From Camelus ferus (Eukaryota): a stretch of DNA of 64,000 nt. The position numbers were made by a program, and so were the translations under genes. Shown piece after piece: positions 12,356-25,835 of the stretch (position 1 is the stretch's first letter; every line of letters begins with the position of its first letter). The notes under the pieces are model-generated. The model saw only the letters and a list, made by a program, of their open reading frames with translations, searched no databases and was not told where the DNA came from. Location: NCBI RefSeq assembly GCF_009834535.1, contig NC_045697.1, forward strand, positions 69,752,001 through 69,816,000, given 5' to 3'.

Positions 12356-15300
12356 AAACGTGTTATTTTAAAATCTGGCTATAGTTTGTGACATTTGGCC
12401 AAGGAAAAACAAAAGGTTCAGATTGGTGTGGGAAAAATGCCTCAGTGGTTTTGGATGGTAATGTAAGGCAAGACTTCTGTCAGAGCTTAAGTGGAAGAAG
12501 TGTAGACAAATAAGAATTATATTAGGGTAAGTAATAAAATAGGGACAATTTTTGGTGTTTTGCTTGTGGATGGGTGCACCAGAATTACCAGTTCTTGGAG
12601 AAAATGTAGAGGAGGGCAAGAATGGGCTTGAATGATATATGAGAGAGAAGAGAGACAGCTCATGTAAAACTCCATGAGTGAGGGTGGCCAGAGGACATGA
12701 AAGCAGCAGAGCCTAATATTAAATTTAATATTGTCTGTTTATGTCACACTGTACTGTAATCTATCTTTCCTCAATCATCAGCAAAGTCTGGTATCCACAA
12801 GGGCCTTGTATTGGTGCTTTAGGAACTACAGGGAGAGGGAAAATAGAGCATATAGTGAAGTACCCCCCAATAAGGAGGGCTCCAGGATGACAGCTGACCA
12901 GTGGGATGATTAAAAAATGATTCATGAGGAGCAGGAATTCAGACCATGTGAATGTTAGCTCCTGGAGATGCTCAGGAAGCATGGAGGGAGTATGTACTTC
13001 AGTAATTGTCATGGGGACCCCAAGCATTTTTTGGAGGGGGGATAGTGAATGAAAGCTGGGGACCCACATGCATAGCACATATCTGGATTATGTAGATAAA
13101 ATCTGAAGTTTTCTTTTTTCTACCAAAGAAATCTCTCTCTTTTTTTTAAAGTTTAAATTGAATTTTGTCATAATGTTAAACAAAAAATCATCCCCCTAAA
13201 TCTATGTCACTTGGTTTTGAGTTCTTGAGTAATCCCCAAAACTCCAGCTGAAACAGCAGTTTCAAGACTAGGGGAGCACAGTCTAATACCAAATTATATT
13301 TCATTTGTGGAATGGTAGCCAACAATTTGTGGGGTAATAGCTTTGGGATCCTAGATCTGGGATGGGTTGGGTCCTCTATGTTGGTTCTCCTGGAAGATGT
13401 TCATGCTAGTATAAGCAATCATATCTTTTTATAATTTTTGTTTTAAATTTAACTGCTGGATTAATTTTATCATCTGTTTACACCATCCACACACCTATAT
13501 CCCAAGGATAAACACTAATTCTCAGAGAACATGTGATCTAAAACTATAGTGAGGAGAGAAAGGGAGCACACATTAATTGCATCATAATTAGCATGAGGCC
13601 ACAACCCAGGTTCCAGGAGTCTACAGGCCATTCTATTTGGGTTGAGGAGATTTCCCCTGTGCCAGTGAGAGCAGTCATAATGGAGCCACTTGACTGACTC
13701 TTCAGTGAAAGTTTTCTGATTTTTAGACAAGAGACTTTAAAGTGTTCGTGCTGGTAAGGACTCAAATTCCTAGCCAAAGGTCCTTTGATCCCACAGTTTC
13801 CATCTTGGGGAAAGGAAAGGAGAAATTTCATTCTCTTTGAGAGACTGATTTTTATAATAGGACTTTGTCCTGTTATAATTCCTGTTTGCTTTTTAAATTA
13901 TTAACTAAGATAAAACTGTTGTTTGGTTTTATTTAGTGGGAGGAAATTAACCCTCACTGAATACCTCATTAAAATCAGGCACTTTATTGATTTAATTTTC
14001 ACTACAGTTGTGAGGTGGATATTATGTTTCCTACTAACAGATAAAATAGCATAGCTACCTTGTTTAATATCACTCAGTTGTTAGTTAGGGGAGCATGGAT
14101 TTGATTTTAAATCTGTTTGATTACAAAGTTCATTTTTTTTTTTCAGTTAAGCTGCTGAGTTGGATGATTTTACATTGGTAAAATTTGGACTCTGTAATTT
14201 CCCTATTCTTGCCCTTACCCTTAAGTAGATTTTTGACTTCTAGGATATTGTTCATTTTTCTTTTACTGTAAAATTTACAATAAAAATTTAAATTAAATTT
14301 TCACTTTTTATTTTTATTGTTAATAAATATTATATAGAATTACTACTCTAAATCCTAGTTAGAAAAGGTAATTTTTTCATCTTTAGATGAATGTCTGTAA
14401 GATAATTCATAACAACATAATTATTTTAGCATTGTGATATTAGGCAAATATAATTCATTTTTCAGATTTTAGCTTAAATATCACTTATTCAATGTAGGCC
14501 TCCTCAAATCTCTCTGGGCCCCGTTTTACACTCTCAAAGCCCCTATACTTTTCCTTCATAGCACTTTCAGCTTTCACTTTCAAATTCTGTGTTAGTAGTA
14601 TCTCTTTTTCATCCAGCGATTTCTCTAGAGTGAATATAGTGCACAGGATTTAAATGGACTTATAGTCATTCTTTAATACTGGCTTACAATGCAAGCTCTA
14701 GGCACCTCACAGTTATGACTGGGGAACAGTCACAGAATGAACCTGAGCTGCTCTGAAACAGAGTCAGCATAATATGTTTTTCCTCAGGATAAAACAAAGA
14801 CGAAGAGACCATAGAAAAAGATACTGAGTTGTTAAAACATCACACAGTTTTTAAATTAAAATTTTATTTTGATATAATTATAAATTCATATGTAGTTGTA
14901 AGAAATAAAACAAGATCCTATGCACCCTTCATCTAGTTTACCCCAGTGGTAACATCTTGTAAAAGTGTAATACAATATCATAAACAGGAAATTGGCTTTG
15001 ATAGAATCCACTGACCTTATTCAGATTTCATAGTGTTATGTATTCATTTGTGCATTTATGTAGCAATTTTCTTTTAACAATTGCTCATGCTATTCACTCT
15101 GTGATTCAGGTGATAGTCTGAAATTTTATAAAGTTGGTAGTCATATGTGAAGTTTTAAAGAATTTTTATGTGAACTGTTCAGTGTAACATTTTGCTTTAC
15201 TTTAAGTGTACTTCATCTTTTTGTTAATTGTATGCACTAAGGTCAACTTAGTCTTCAACAATCTGTAATTGTCCTGAAGGCAGTGGTCAAGGCTTTAGAA

Positions 15301-16154
15301 CTAGATTAACCTTGCCTAGAGTTTTGACTCTGCTATTTGCTAGCTGTAAAAACATCACACGTTTTATTGAATAGTAATAAAAATAAATGAATAATTATAA
15401 CTCAAAGACTTTCATATCCTGCTAATGTTAAAAGCAAAGCATGATAGCCAAACAAATAATAAAAACCTAAAAATCAGAGAACATACCCCAAAAGACAATA
15501 AATGCCATATTTTCTAAAGAGATTAGCCCCCAATACAAATATGTCTAGGCCTATTATATACACATATTGCTGTATTAGTATTTATAGCTCCCCACAGTAT
15601 TTAAAGCCTGCCTTTCGATCCAAAATTTGTCCATCTTTTCATTTTGGTTCATAGAAACCAACTATATTCTTTTTCTAATATTTATCATAGTTTGTAATTA
15701 TTTATTTATGTGTTTACATGTTTAATGCCTAGCTTCCCTTATGAGACTATAAGCTCTCTGAAGGTAAGGACCACATCCATCTTGTTCAAATCATGCAGAT
15801 GGTGGCTGCCAATCATGCCTGGCAGAGAGTTGTTATATCCAAGATTTGTTTATCAAATGATGAATGACAGGATCAGCAACATTTGCATGCTGAGCCATCT
15901 TTAAAAAGAAAGGGTCAAATCTGGCCTCTGTAGCACGAGTGTTAATGTTGTTAAAAAAAACATTTCTTGTTAAAAATTCTTTTCTGTTAAATTAATCTTA
16001 GTGATTATGCATTTTGCAGATCCATGGCAAGTTCTGGGTTTCAATGTAATTTGTGAGACTGCCAGAAGCTCCCAAAGTTTGGGTCCATGCATTAAGAGAG
16101 ATTATTTAAAAAAATTTTTTTTATTTAACTATTTATTTCTTTTACAATTTCATA

Positions 16155-16580
16155 TTTTTTAAATTGAAGTATAGTTGATGTACAATATTATATGTTACAG
16201 GGATACAATATAGTGATTCACAGTTTTTAAAGGTTATACTCCATTTATAGTTATTATAAAATATAGGCTATATTCCCCATGTTGTATCTTATTTTATACC
16301 TGATAGTTTTTACCTCTTAATCCTCCACCTCCATCTTGCCCCTCCCTTTTCCCTCTCCCCACTGATAACCACCAGTTCCTTCTCTACATCTGTGAGTATG
16401 TTTCTTTTCTGTTATATTTACTAGTGTGTTGTATTTTTTTAGATTTCACATGTTAGTGATATCTTGAAACATTTGTCTATCTGATTTATTTCACTTAGCA
16501 TAATGCCCTCCAAGTCCATCCATGCTGTACACCAGAAACTAATACAATATTTTAAATCAACTGTCCTTCAATTAAAAAGT
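16155..16580. mobile_element. L1 3'UTR fragments (minus 16155-16525, short plus tail 16525-16580)
   Basis: aattgaagtatagttgatgtacaat... and tgtacaccagaaactaatacaat...caattaaaaa L1 terminal sequences. Confidence 0.65.
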
Positions 16581-17160
16581 AAACAACCAGCCAACCAACC
16601 CATTTAAAATATGGGCAGAAGAACTGAACAGACATTTTTCCAAAAGAAGAAATGCAGATGGCCAACAGGAACATGAAAAGCTGCTCAAAATCACCAATAT
16701 CAGGGAAATGCAAATCAAAATCACAATGAGACACCATGTCACACCTGTCAGAATGGCCATCACCAAAAAAAACAAAACAAACAAACAAAAAAAACCAAAA
16801 AACATGGATAACAAATGTTGGCAAGGATGTGGAGACAGGGAACCTTTGTACAATGTTGGTGGGAATGCAAATTGGTGCAGCCATCATGGAAAACAATATG
16901 GAGGTTTCTCAAAAACCCCAAAACAGAACCACTACATAGTTCAGCAATTCCACTCCTGGGCATATACCCAAGAAAAACAAAAACATTAATTCAGAAAGAT
17001 ACATACACTTCGCTATTAACAGCAGTGCTATTTACAATTGCCAAGGCATGGAAGCATCCTAAGTGCACATCAATAGATGAATGGTTAAAGGAGATGTAGC
17101 ACATATTTACAATGGAGTACAACTCACCCATTAAAAAGAAGGATATTTTGCCATTTGTGG
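16580..17160 (+). mobile_element. L1 ORF2 C-terminal fragment
   Basis: MQIKITMRHHVTPVRMA and WWECKLVQPSWKTIWRFLK...AIPLLGIYP in the ORF track. Confidence 0.85.
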
Positions 17161-17172
17161 CCCTTCATTCAC

Positions 17173-17270
17173 TTTTTTTTCATATATTTTTTTATTGGGT
17201 TATAGTCAGTTTACAATGTTGTGTCAATTTCCAATGTAGAGCACAATTTTTCAGTTATACATGAACATGC
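17173..17270 (-). mobile_element. Very short L1 3'-end insertion with direct-repeat flanks
   Basis: About 90 bp of L1 tail flanked by ccttcattcactttttttt at 17162 and 17272. Confidence 0.7.
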
Positions 17271-17334
17271 ACCTTCATTCACTTTTTTTTTTTCACTTCA
17301 AAACCCAGTATTTTATAACTGGCATAAACATTTC

Positions 17335-17632
17335 CATTGCATCAAAAGCAAAAAAATACCTAGAAATTAACCTAACCAAGGAGTTTACCTATACTCTGAA
17401 AGCTATAAAACACTGATGAAGGAAATTGAAGATGATACAAAGAAATGGAAAGATGTCTTGTGCTCTTGGAATGGAAGAATCAACATTAGCAAAATGGCCA
17501 TACTACCCAAAGCAGTCTACAGATCCAATGTAACCCCTGTCAAAATACCCACAACATTTTTCACAGAACTAGAAAAAACAATTCCAAAATTTATATGGAA
17601 CAATAAAAGACCCCAAATTGCCAAAGCAATCT
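17335..17632 (+). mobile_element. L1 ORF2 internal fragment
   Basis: ORF 17416: [36 protein letters not shown]...PQIAKAI. Confidence 0.85.
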
Positions 17633-19668
17633 TTTGTAGGTCTTTTTTCCCCCTCTTTCTTCTTTTTTTCCTCTTTTCTTGTGGTTTGATGACTGGAGAA
17701 GCTCCTTTAACATTTGTTGTAAAGCTAGTTTGGTGGTGCTGAATTCTTTTAGCTTTTGTTCATCTGTGAAAATTTTGATTTCTCCATCAAATCTGAATGA
17801 AAGCCTTGCTGGGTAGAGTATTCTTGGTTTTAACTTTTTCCCTTTTCATCACTTTAAATATATCATGCCACTCCCTCTGGCCTGTAGAGCTTCTGCTGAA
17901 AAATCAGCTGATAACCTTATAGTAGTTCCCTTGTATGTTATTTGTTGCTTTTCTCTTGCTGATTTTAATATTTTCTCCTTATCCTTAATTTTTGTCAATT
18001 TGATTACTATGTGCCTTGGTGTGTTCCTCTTTGGGTTAATCCTGTGTGGAATTCTTTGCACTTCCTGGACTTGGGTGACTGTTTCCTTTCCCAAGTTGGG
18101 AAAGTTTTCAGTTATTATCTCTTCAAAAATTTTCTCAGGTACTCTCTCTTCTCTTTCTGGGACCCGATAACATGAATATTCACTTTATGTTATCCCAGAG
18201 TTCTCTTAAACCATCCTTATTTCTTTTCATTCTTTTTTCTTTTTTCTGTTCTGCAGCAGTGATTTCCACTAATCTGTCTTCTAGCTCACTGATCTGTTCT
18301 TCTGCCTCATTTAGTTTATTCTTGTTCCCTTCTAGTCTGTTATCCATTTCAGTAATTTTATTCTTCAACTCTGTTTGAATATTCTTTATATTTTCCAACT
18401 CTTTGCTAAAAACTTTGCTCTGCTCATCTATACTCTTCTTGAACTCTCTGAACATCTTTGCCATCATTACTCTAAACTCCTTCTCAGATAAATTGTCTAT
18501 CTCCTTATCACTTATTTCTTCTTCTGAGATTTTATCTTGTGCCTTGGCCTGGAACATATTTCTCTGCTGCCTCATATTGTCTGTCTTTCTCTTTGTTTTT
18601 TTAATGTAGATTAGTTACTTTCTTGACCTTGGAGAAGTGGCCCTCTGTGGGAGATGTCCTATGTGTCCCAGCAGTACACTCCTATCTTGTCACCCAAGGA
18701 CCTGGGTCCAGTCAGTCCCATTGTAGAGTCTGGTCTGTGTTTGTGGGCTCCTTCCACAAACTTTGGGATTGTTGTTTCCTTATTCTATTATCTGCCCCCT
18801 GGTGGATGAGGCTAGACTAGAGGCTTATGCAGGTTTCCTGGCAGGAGGAGCGGTGCCTGCCCACTGCTGGGTGAAGCTTGGTCCTGGACTTCTGGTGGGT
18901 AGAGCTGTGTCTAGAGGCATTTGTGGCTCAGAAAGTCTGCTGATGGATGGGACTGTGTTCCCACCCAGTATGTTGTTTGGCCTAAGGCTTCCCAGCATTT
19001 AAGCCTACAGGCTGTTGGGTAAGGCTAGGTCTTGGTGCTAATGATCTAATCAAGATGTCAGCCTCCAGGAAAGCTCATGCAGATGAACACTCCCTGAATG
19101 TCCACCACTAGCTTTTATGTCCTAAAGGTGAGCCACAGCTGCCCCCCCCCCACCTCCCCAGGAAACCTTCCAAAACCAGCAGGCAGGTCTGGCCCAGGTT
19201 CCTATGAAATCACTACTTTTGCCCTTGGACCTCATGCACGTGAGAGTCTGTGTATGCTTCCCAAGAGAATGAAGTCTGTTTCCCCAAGTCCCGTGGAGCT
19301 CCTGGAGTTAAGGCCCACTGGCCTTCAAAATCAGATGTCCTTGGGTCTCGTCCTCTCTATGCCAGAACCCCAGGGGAGCCTGACTTGGGGCTCCAAGCTC
19401 TCACTCCTGTGGGAGGGCCTCAGCTACTTAATTATTCTTCAGCTTGTGGGTTGCCCACCTTGGGGGTAATGGGGCCCGATTATTGCGAGCATTGCCCTTC
19501 CTACCATCTAACTGTGGTTCCCTCTTTATGTTTCCAGTTAAAGTGGATCTTTTCTGCTAGGTTCCAGTCTTTGTTTTCAATGGTTGTTTAGCAGTTGTGG
19601 TTTTGTTGTAGTCCCGAGGAGAGACAAGCTCATGGTCCTACTACTCTGCCATTTTGACTGGAAATCCC
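17633..19668 (-). mobile_element. L1 5'UTR plus disrupted ORF1
   Basis: ORFs 18180..18575 (coiled coil) and 17849..18094 (RRM/CTD: TPRHIVIKL, IRLSADFS); 5' end caaaatggcagagtag. Confidence 0.9.
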
Positions 19669-19898
19669 AAGAGATGTTGTTGAGAGTGCATCTGCTGGAT
19701 TGCTGAAGACAATTACTACTGAAAACAGATCGTATTCAAGGAGGATGCTTTGGTTCAGGGGATTTGAATCCTGTCTGGAAAACAGGAGGTGCCGCAAGAC
19801 TTGTAGATATTACTTGAGAAGAGTGTGTTTTTATAGAGTCTTAAAGACCTAAATTTTTAATTATTTGTTTTTTAAAATTACACAAATCACACATGTTT

Positions 19899-20054
19899 TT
19901 TTTGGAGGGGGTGAAGCAGGTATGTATGTATGTATGTATGTATGTATGTATATATGTATGTATGTATGTTAATGGAGTTACTGGGGATTGAACCCAACAC
20001 CTCATGCACACTAAGCATGCACTCTACCACTAAGCTAGCTATACCCTCTCCCAT
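19899..20054 (-). mobile_element. tRNA-derived SINE (camelid-type) with (CATA)n tail
   Basis: A-box tagcttagtggtagag and B-box gggttcaatcccc on the minus strand; 15-bp TSD aaatcacacatgttt at 19884 and 20055. Confidence 0.85.
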
Positions 20055-20354
20055 AAATCACACATGTTTCCTGTAGACTTAAGTAGGGGTTATTTCAAAT
20101 CATCTTTACCAGTAAGTTACTGTGTATGATTTATCTTTAGATAATGTCCGGAAGGCCTTCACATTATTCAAGTTTTCTCTTCCTGATGTGTGTATTATCT
20201 CTTGGTCTATGTCTGGCATTCTAGCTATCAGAATACCATGAGAAAAATATGATACTGGGAATTGCACACTTTACAGAAACAAATGCTGCTGGTTTTTGAG
20301 GTCATCAGGTTGCTCATGGCAAACAATGGCTGAACACTGGGAAATGCTGATTGG

Positions 20355-21195
20355 GCCAATACTATAAAGCTACAGTAATCAAAACAGCATGGTATGGGCA
20401 GAAAAACAGAAGTATGGATCAATGGAACAGAATAGAGAGTCCAGAAATAAACCCACACACCTATGATCAATTAATCTATGACAAAGGAGGCAAGAATATA
20501 CAATATAGTAAAGACAGTTTCTTCAACAAGTGGTCCAGCAATTCCACTTCTGGATATATCTGGAAAAAAAATGAGAACATGAATTCAAGAAGATACATGC
20601 ACCCCAATGTTCATAGCAGTGCTGTTTACAATAGTCAAGACATATAAACAACCCAAATGTCCATGATAGGTGATTGGATTAAGAAGTGGTGTATATATAC
20701 ATAGACACACACACAATGGAATATTACTCAGCCATTAAAGAGTGAAATGCTGCCATTTGAGCAACATGGATGGACCTAGAGATTATCATACATAGTAAGT
20801 GATCCTATATTTACATAAATGATATAAGTCAGACAGAGGAAGATAAATATTATATGATATCACTTAGATGTGGAATCTAAAAAATAATACAAATGAATCT
20901 ATATACAAAATAGAAACAGACTCACAGACATAGAAAACAAACTTAGTGTTACCAAAGGGGAAAGGGAAGTTAGGAGGATAAATTAAGAGTATGGGATTAA
21001 TGAATACAAACTACTATACATAAAATAGATAAGTAACAGGGATTTACTGTATAACACAGAGAACTATATTCAATATCTTACAGTAACTTTTAATGGAAAA
21101 TAATCTGAAAGAAAAATATAACTGAATCACTTTGCTGTACAGCTGAAATTAATACTATATTGTAAGTCAATTGTACTTAATTAAAAAAAAAAAAG
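20355..21195 (+). mobile_element. 5'-truncated, internally deleted L1 with poly(A) and TSD
   Basis: [12 protein letters not shown]...FFNKW fused to the ORF2 terminus and 3'UTR; A-tail 21183-21194; TSD aaatgctg(a/c)ttgg at 20342 and 21197. Confidence 0.85.
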
Positions 21196-21649
21196 AAAAT
21201 GCTGCTTGGAAGATTTCCCAATGCAGAACTTTGTAGCATCATATTTTGCCAGTAGTCACAGGGCCCCTTGACTTTCTGTCCTCAAGTTCAGCATATTCTC
21301 CTTTTGGCAGACTGCCTGGGCAGAGATGCCATTGCTTCCTGGTCCTGGTCTCAGTCCACTGGCCTCAACTTGTCTAGTTACTGTTTCTTCCAGGATGCTC
21401 CCTGAGCCATCATGCACACAGAGGACTAGTTGACCTCTCCAGGAGCCACGTTATGCCAGTGCATGTATCTTCCATTCAATTTGCAGCAAGTCTCTTGTTC
21501 AGGATCATGTTTCTCAAGTTATCCATACCGCATGGCTTTTGTTTTTATTTCCAATCCATCATGGACTTATACTTCTTTTAATAAAATATGATAAAAATCA
21601 ATTGCTAGAAAAATGAAATGGAAAATAAAGACAAAGACATATAAAATAC

Positions 21650-24415
21650 AAACCCCAAATGTTGAATTTTTTCAAATGCATTTTCTGTAGCTATTGAGAT
21701 GATGTGATTTTTATCTTTAATTTTGTTAATGTGGTATGTCACATTTATTGATTTGTGAATGTTGAACCATTCTTGTATCACTGGAATAAATCCCACTTTA
21801 TCATGCTATATGATCCTTTAAATGTTTTGTTGAATTTGGTTTGCTAATACTTTGTTGAGGATTTTTGCATCTACATTTATCAGCGATACTGGCATATAAT
21901 TTTCTTTTTTGTGTTATTCTTGTCTAGTTTTGGTATAGGATATTAGCCTTATAAAATGAATTAGAAAGCATTCCCTTTTCTTTAATTTTTTTGGTGAGGT
22001 TTTTTTTTTTTTTTTACTTCTTTTTAATTTACTTTTTTTTCTGGGAGGGGTGAGGTAATTAGGTTTGTTTATTTATTTATCTTTAGAGTAGTTACTGGGT
22101 ATTGAACCCAGGATCTATTTCTTTTTCTTTGTGCTTCTGTCTGATATGTTAGTTTGGTGGTTTTCTATGATGTTTTTCTTAGTTTCCTCTTTTTTTTGTC
22201 TGTGGTCTAGATTTATGTTTTGTGGTTACCATGAGGTTTGTATAAAATATCTCAAAGGTAAAATAGTTCTTTTCCTACTGATAGCATCTTCATTTGCCTA
22301 TACAGGTTCCATCCTTTTCTTTGACCCTTTTATGTTTTGTTGTCTCAAATTATCCCTTTTTATGTTGTGAGTTTATCAAATTGAAGTAGTTAAGTTATTT
22401 TTACTGCTTTTCCCTCTTTAACCTTTACACTGTAATTAAGTGTAATAAGTTTAACAACTTATTCTGATAAAGAGTTGCAATTTTCTGATTATTTTTGTCT
22501 ATTTATTACCTTACTCAAAGTTTCATGTACTTTGCCTTTTCATTTCATGTAGAAGAACTCCTTTAAACATTTCTTATATGGCAGGTTTAGTAGTGATGAA
22601 CTCCCTCTGCATTTGTTTATCTGGGAAAGTCTTTATTTCTCTTTCATATCTTAAGGGTAACTTGGCTGAATAGAGTGTTCATGGCTGACAGTTTTTATCT
22701 TTCAATATTTTGAGTACATCATTCCACTCTCTCCTGGCCTGTAGAGTTTTTTTGGAGGCATCTGCTATAGCCTAATGAGGATTCTTTTTTAGGTCATCAC
22801 CCTTTTTTACCCTGGCTGCCTTTAAAATTCTTTCTTTGTCATTAAATTTTGACAGCTTTAATATAATGTGTCTTGGAGAATTTCTTTTCACATTGAGGTA
22901 ATCAGGTGTTCTCTTAGCTTTGTGGATTTGTATATCCAGTTTCTTCCCCAGGTTTAGGTAGTTCTCAACTGTTACTTCTTTAAATAAGCTCTCTGCTCCC
23001 ATCTCCCTCTGTTTTCCTTCTGGGATATCCATTATGCTTATGTTGTTCTTCTTAATGGAATCAGATAGTTCTCATATAATTACCCCATTTTAAAAAGATC
23101 TTAGTTCTCTGTCCTCTTCTACCTGTATCATTTCTAGATTTCTATCTTCAAGCTCATGAATTCTCTCTCTCTAGAGGGTCTTCTCTATTTTCAGTGTTTT
23201 CTAATGCTTTGTTCATCTCATTTGTTGAATACTTTAGCTCCAGAGTTTGTCTGATTCTTTATTTTAGAGTTTCAGTCTCTTTAGTAAAGTATTCCTTCTG
23301 TTCATTAATTTTATTCCTGAGCTCATTGAATTGCTTTTTTTAAATTCTCTTGTAGTTTATTGAATTTCCTCATGACAGCGATTTTGAATTCTCCGTCAAT
23401 TAGATGACAATATTCTGTGATTTTAAGTTTGGTTTTTGGAAAATTATCAGTTTCTTTTTGTGACTTCATGTTATCATTGTTTTTCATGGTGTTTGATGAG
23501 TTGTTCCTCTGCTGGTGTGTTTGAAGTAGCAAACACCTTCTTTAAGTAAAGCTTTTTTTTTTTTTTTTTAAACTTGATTCTAACAATTCAACAGATTAGT
23601 AATTACAGGACTTTGTTTTTCAACAACAAAATAGATTTGTGTTTGTGAAACATAAAGTTATATAGCTGGCACTATAGTTCAAGTTTTTGATTTTTCTTCC
23701 CTAAGCTGCCTCTGGCTATATTTGAGAATTGGGTACTTCCCGCCCTCTAATCTCTCTCTGCCAGGGGTGTTGCTGGGGGTGTTGCTGGTGCCCTTATTGT
23801 TGCTGTTTATGCTTTCGGGGTTACTGGTACCTTTCTGCGGCTGATGTCACTGCTGTCCTGGCATCACTGCCTGGGGCACTTGGATAGTGGGGGCCTCTGC
23901 CACATTCAGGATTGCTTGGGTTGCAGGCTTTGCTATGGTGGGGAGAGAATGAGTGTAGGGCCAGGGTTGCAGTTCCCTCTGTCACATCTGTATTTTTTGG
24001 GTTCGAAGGAGCTGCCACTGTGGGTGGAAGGGAGCTGGAGTCATGGGAACCTCCATGGCTGGAGGGACAGGGTTGCAGGCCCTACTGCTGCTGCAGCCAG
24101 GAGGCTGGAGTCATGTGTGCCACCTCCTTGGTTGCTACCGGGTTCTCTGGAGCTCTGGGCTCAGCCACCACAGCTGGGGAGCTGGGATCAGAGGCACTGC
24201 CTCCAGCATTTCCTCAATTCTGCCTCTTCTGTGTGTTCCAATTGTGTTTTAGTACACTCGCTTTTAGATGTACAGATGTGGGGAACTTTCTTGCATTGTG
24301 GTGTGTTGAACAGAGGATATTTTGTTGAGTTATGGATGTTTTACTGGTTGTAGATTGAAGAGGGGAGACAAAGAGAGTGTTTCATGCTGCCATGATGCTG
24401 ACATCACTCCTCTCT
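21650..24415 (-). mobile_element. Older L1: ORF2 RT fragment, ORF1 and 5'UTR, with a SINE fragment at about 22010-22115
   Basis: [18 protein letters not shown] (RT), SPRHIILKLSK (ORF1), 5' end agtgatgtcagcatcatggcagc. Confidence 0.8.
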
Positions 24416-25364
24416 GAACCTTTTGACTTCTTCCAAAGCATTTCTGGCATCTCCACCTCATTTGTTGTAGGCCATTGTTTTTTCCTCCAAGCTTTGAGGA
24501 GCCATTTCAGTAGCACAGGGCTGACTCCAGACATCCTTCTTGGGGATTAAATCCTGAGTTACAGGAGATTGCCCCCATTTCAACAACCTCTTCCTTATAT
24601 TCTCTAGTCTAGCATGTTCATGACTGATTTCCAACATATTTTTCCAGTTCTGGCTAGTACATGTGAGCCAGATTCTGTAGATTTTTTGTCAAGCTGAGAT
24701 TTGAATGTATTTGTTGGCCTAGAAAGCATGAGGAGAAGTAGGGGTACACATTAAAGGAAGTAGGCCTCATTTTATGAGGCATTCACCTTAGTAAGGCTCC
24801 TTGTAGTCTCCAGGTGAGGAGGGGCTGCTATCCTGTGGCAAGGGGGAGTGGGACACTTCTTTAGGCCTATAAGGTTCAGGAGAATTTGGGGTTCAAAGTC
24901 CTTAAAATATTCCCAGTTCAGTTTCAAGATATCACCCCTTTCCTATCATGACCCTGATTTTAGTGTTAGAGATTCATGAGGGTCTATAAATGAAAACTTC
25001 TATGCAATTTGGATAATGTCATAATCAAATTGTGGGTCTAATTTTCAGCCCAACTTGTCCTCTGGTTACAGGAGATAAGGGAACATTTAAATGCTGCCAT
25101 AGAAGTCTTGTGGTTTTCAGTCATGCTCTTAGTTGGTCATTGTGTGACTCAAGCCTATAATTTTTTTTCTTTTAGCATATTGATAACAGCAATAAACAAC
25201 CATAATTACAACTGCCATCTTATGTCTCAAATGCTAATGATGTTGCACAAGGCAGTGCATAACCTGCAATCTGTATCCCATCTGAATTCACCACAGGCAA
25301 TTGTGAATTGGTAATTGTGTTATAGGATAATGCTGAAAAGGATTATTATCTTACTTACCATCCA

Positions 25365-25835
25365 CAGATTAGTTATCTATTGCTTAGCAGCTTAAAACAC
25401 TTGTGTTCTCAAAGTTTCTGTGGGTCAGGAATCTGGGAGCAGCTTAGCTGGGTGGTTTAGTTCAGGATCTCTTACAAAAGTGTATTTGAGGTATTGACCA
25501 AGGCTGCTCATTTCAAGGCTTGACTCAGAAAGAATGTTCTTCCAATTTCACTTACACGTCTATTGACAGGGCTCAGAAGATTGACTTCCAAGCTTAGGCC
25601 CCTGGCTCATGCTGCTTCACGATGTGCCAGCTGGCTTCTCTCAGAACAAGCAATCCAAGAAAGAAGCTGCCAAAATGGAAGCCATGGTCTTTTTAGAACT
25701 CAGTTTCAAAAGTGATGTCTTATCATGTCTGCTGTGGAAATCAAGTCATTAAGTCCAGCTCACATTTAAGGAGAGGAGATTACACAAGGGCATGAATACC
25801 AGGAGGTGGGGATCATTGGGGTCTGTCTGATTACA
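25365..25835. mobile_element. MaLR (MLT1-type) LTR
   Basis: tttctgtgggtcaggaatctgggagcagcttagctggg ... aagggcatgaataccaggagg, characteristic MLT1 text. Confidence 0.6.

Noticed and set aside
17335..20534. ORF2 pieces at 17335-17632 and 20357 onward as one interrupted L1
   Set aside because: They are nearly collinear in ORF2, but the second has its own TSD and so is an independent insertion.
23821..24353. Cluster of long GC-rich ORFs (also 46320-47465 and 11252-12074)
   Set aside because: All fall in GC-rich L1 5'UTRs where stop codons are rare; no recognisable protein.
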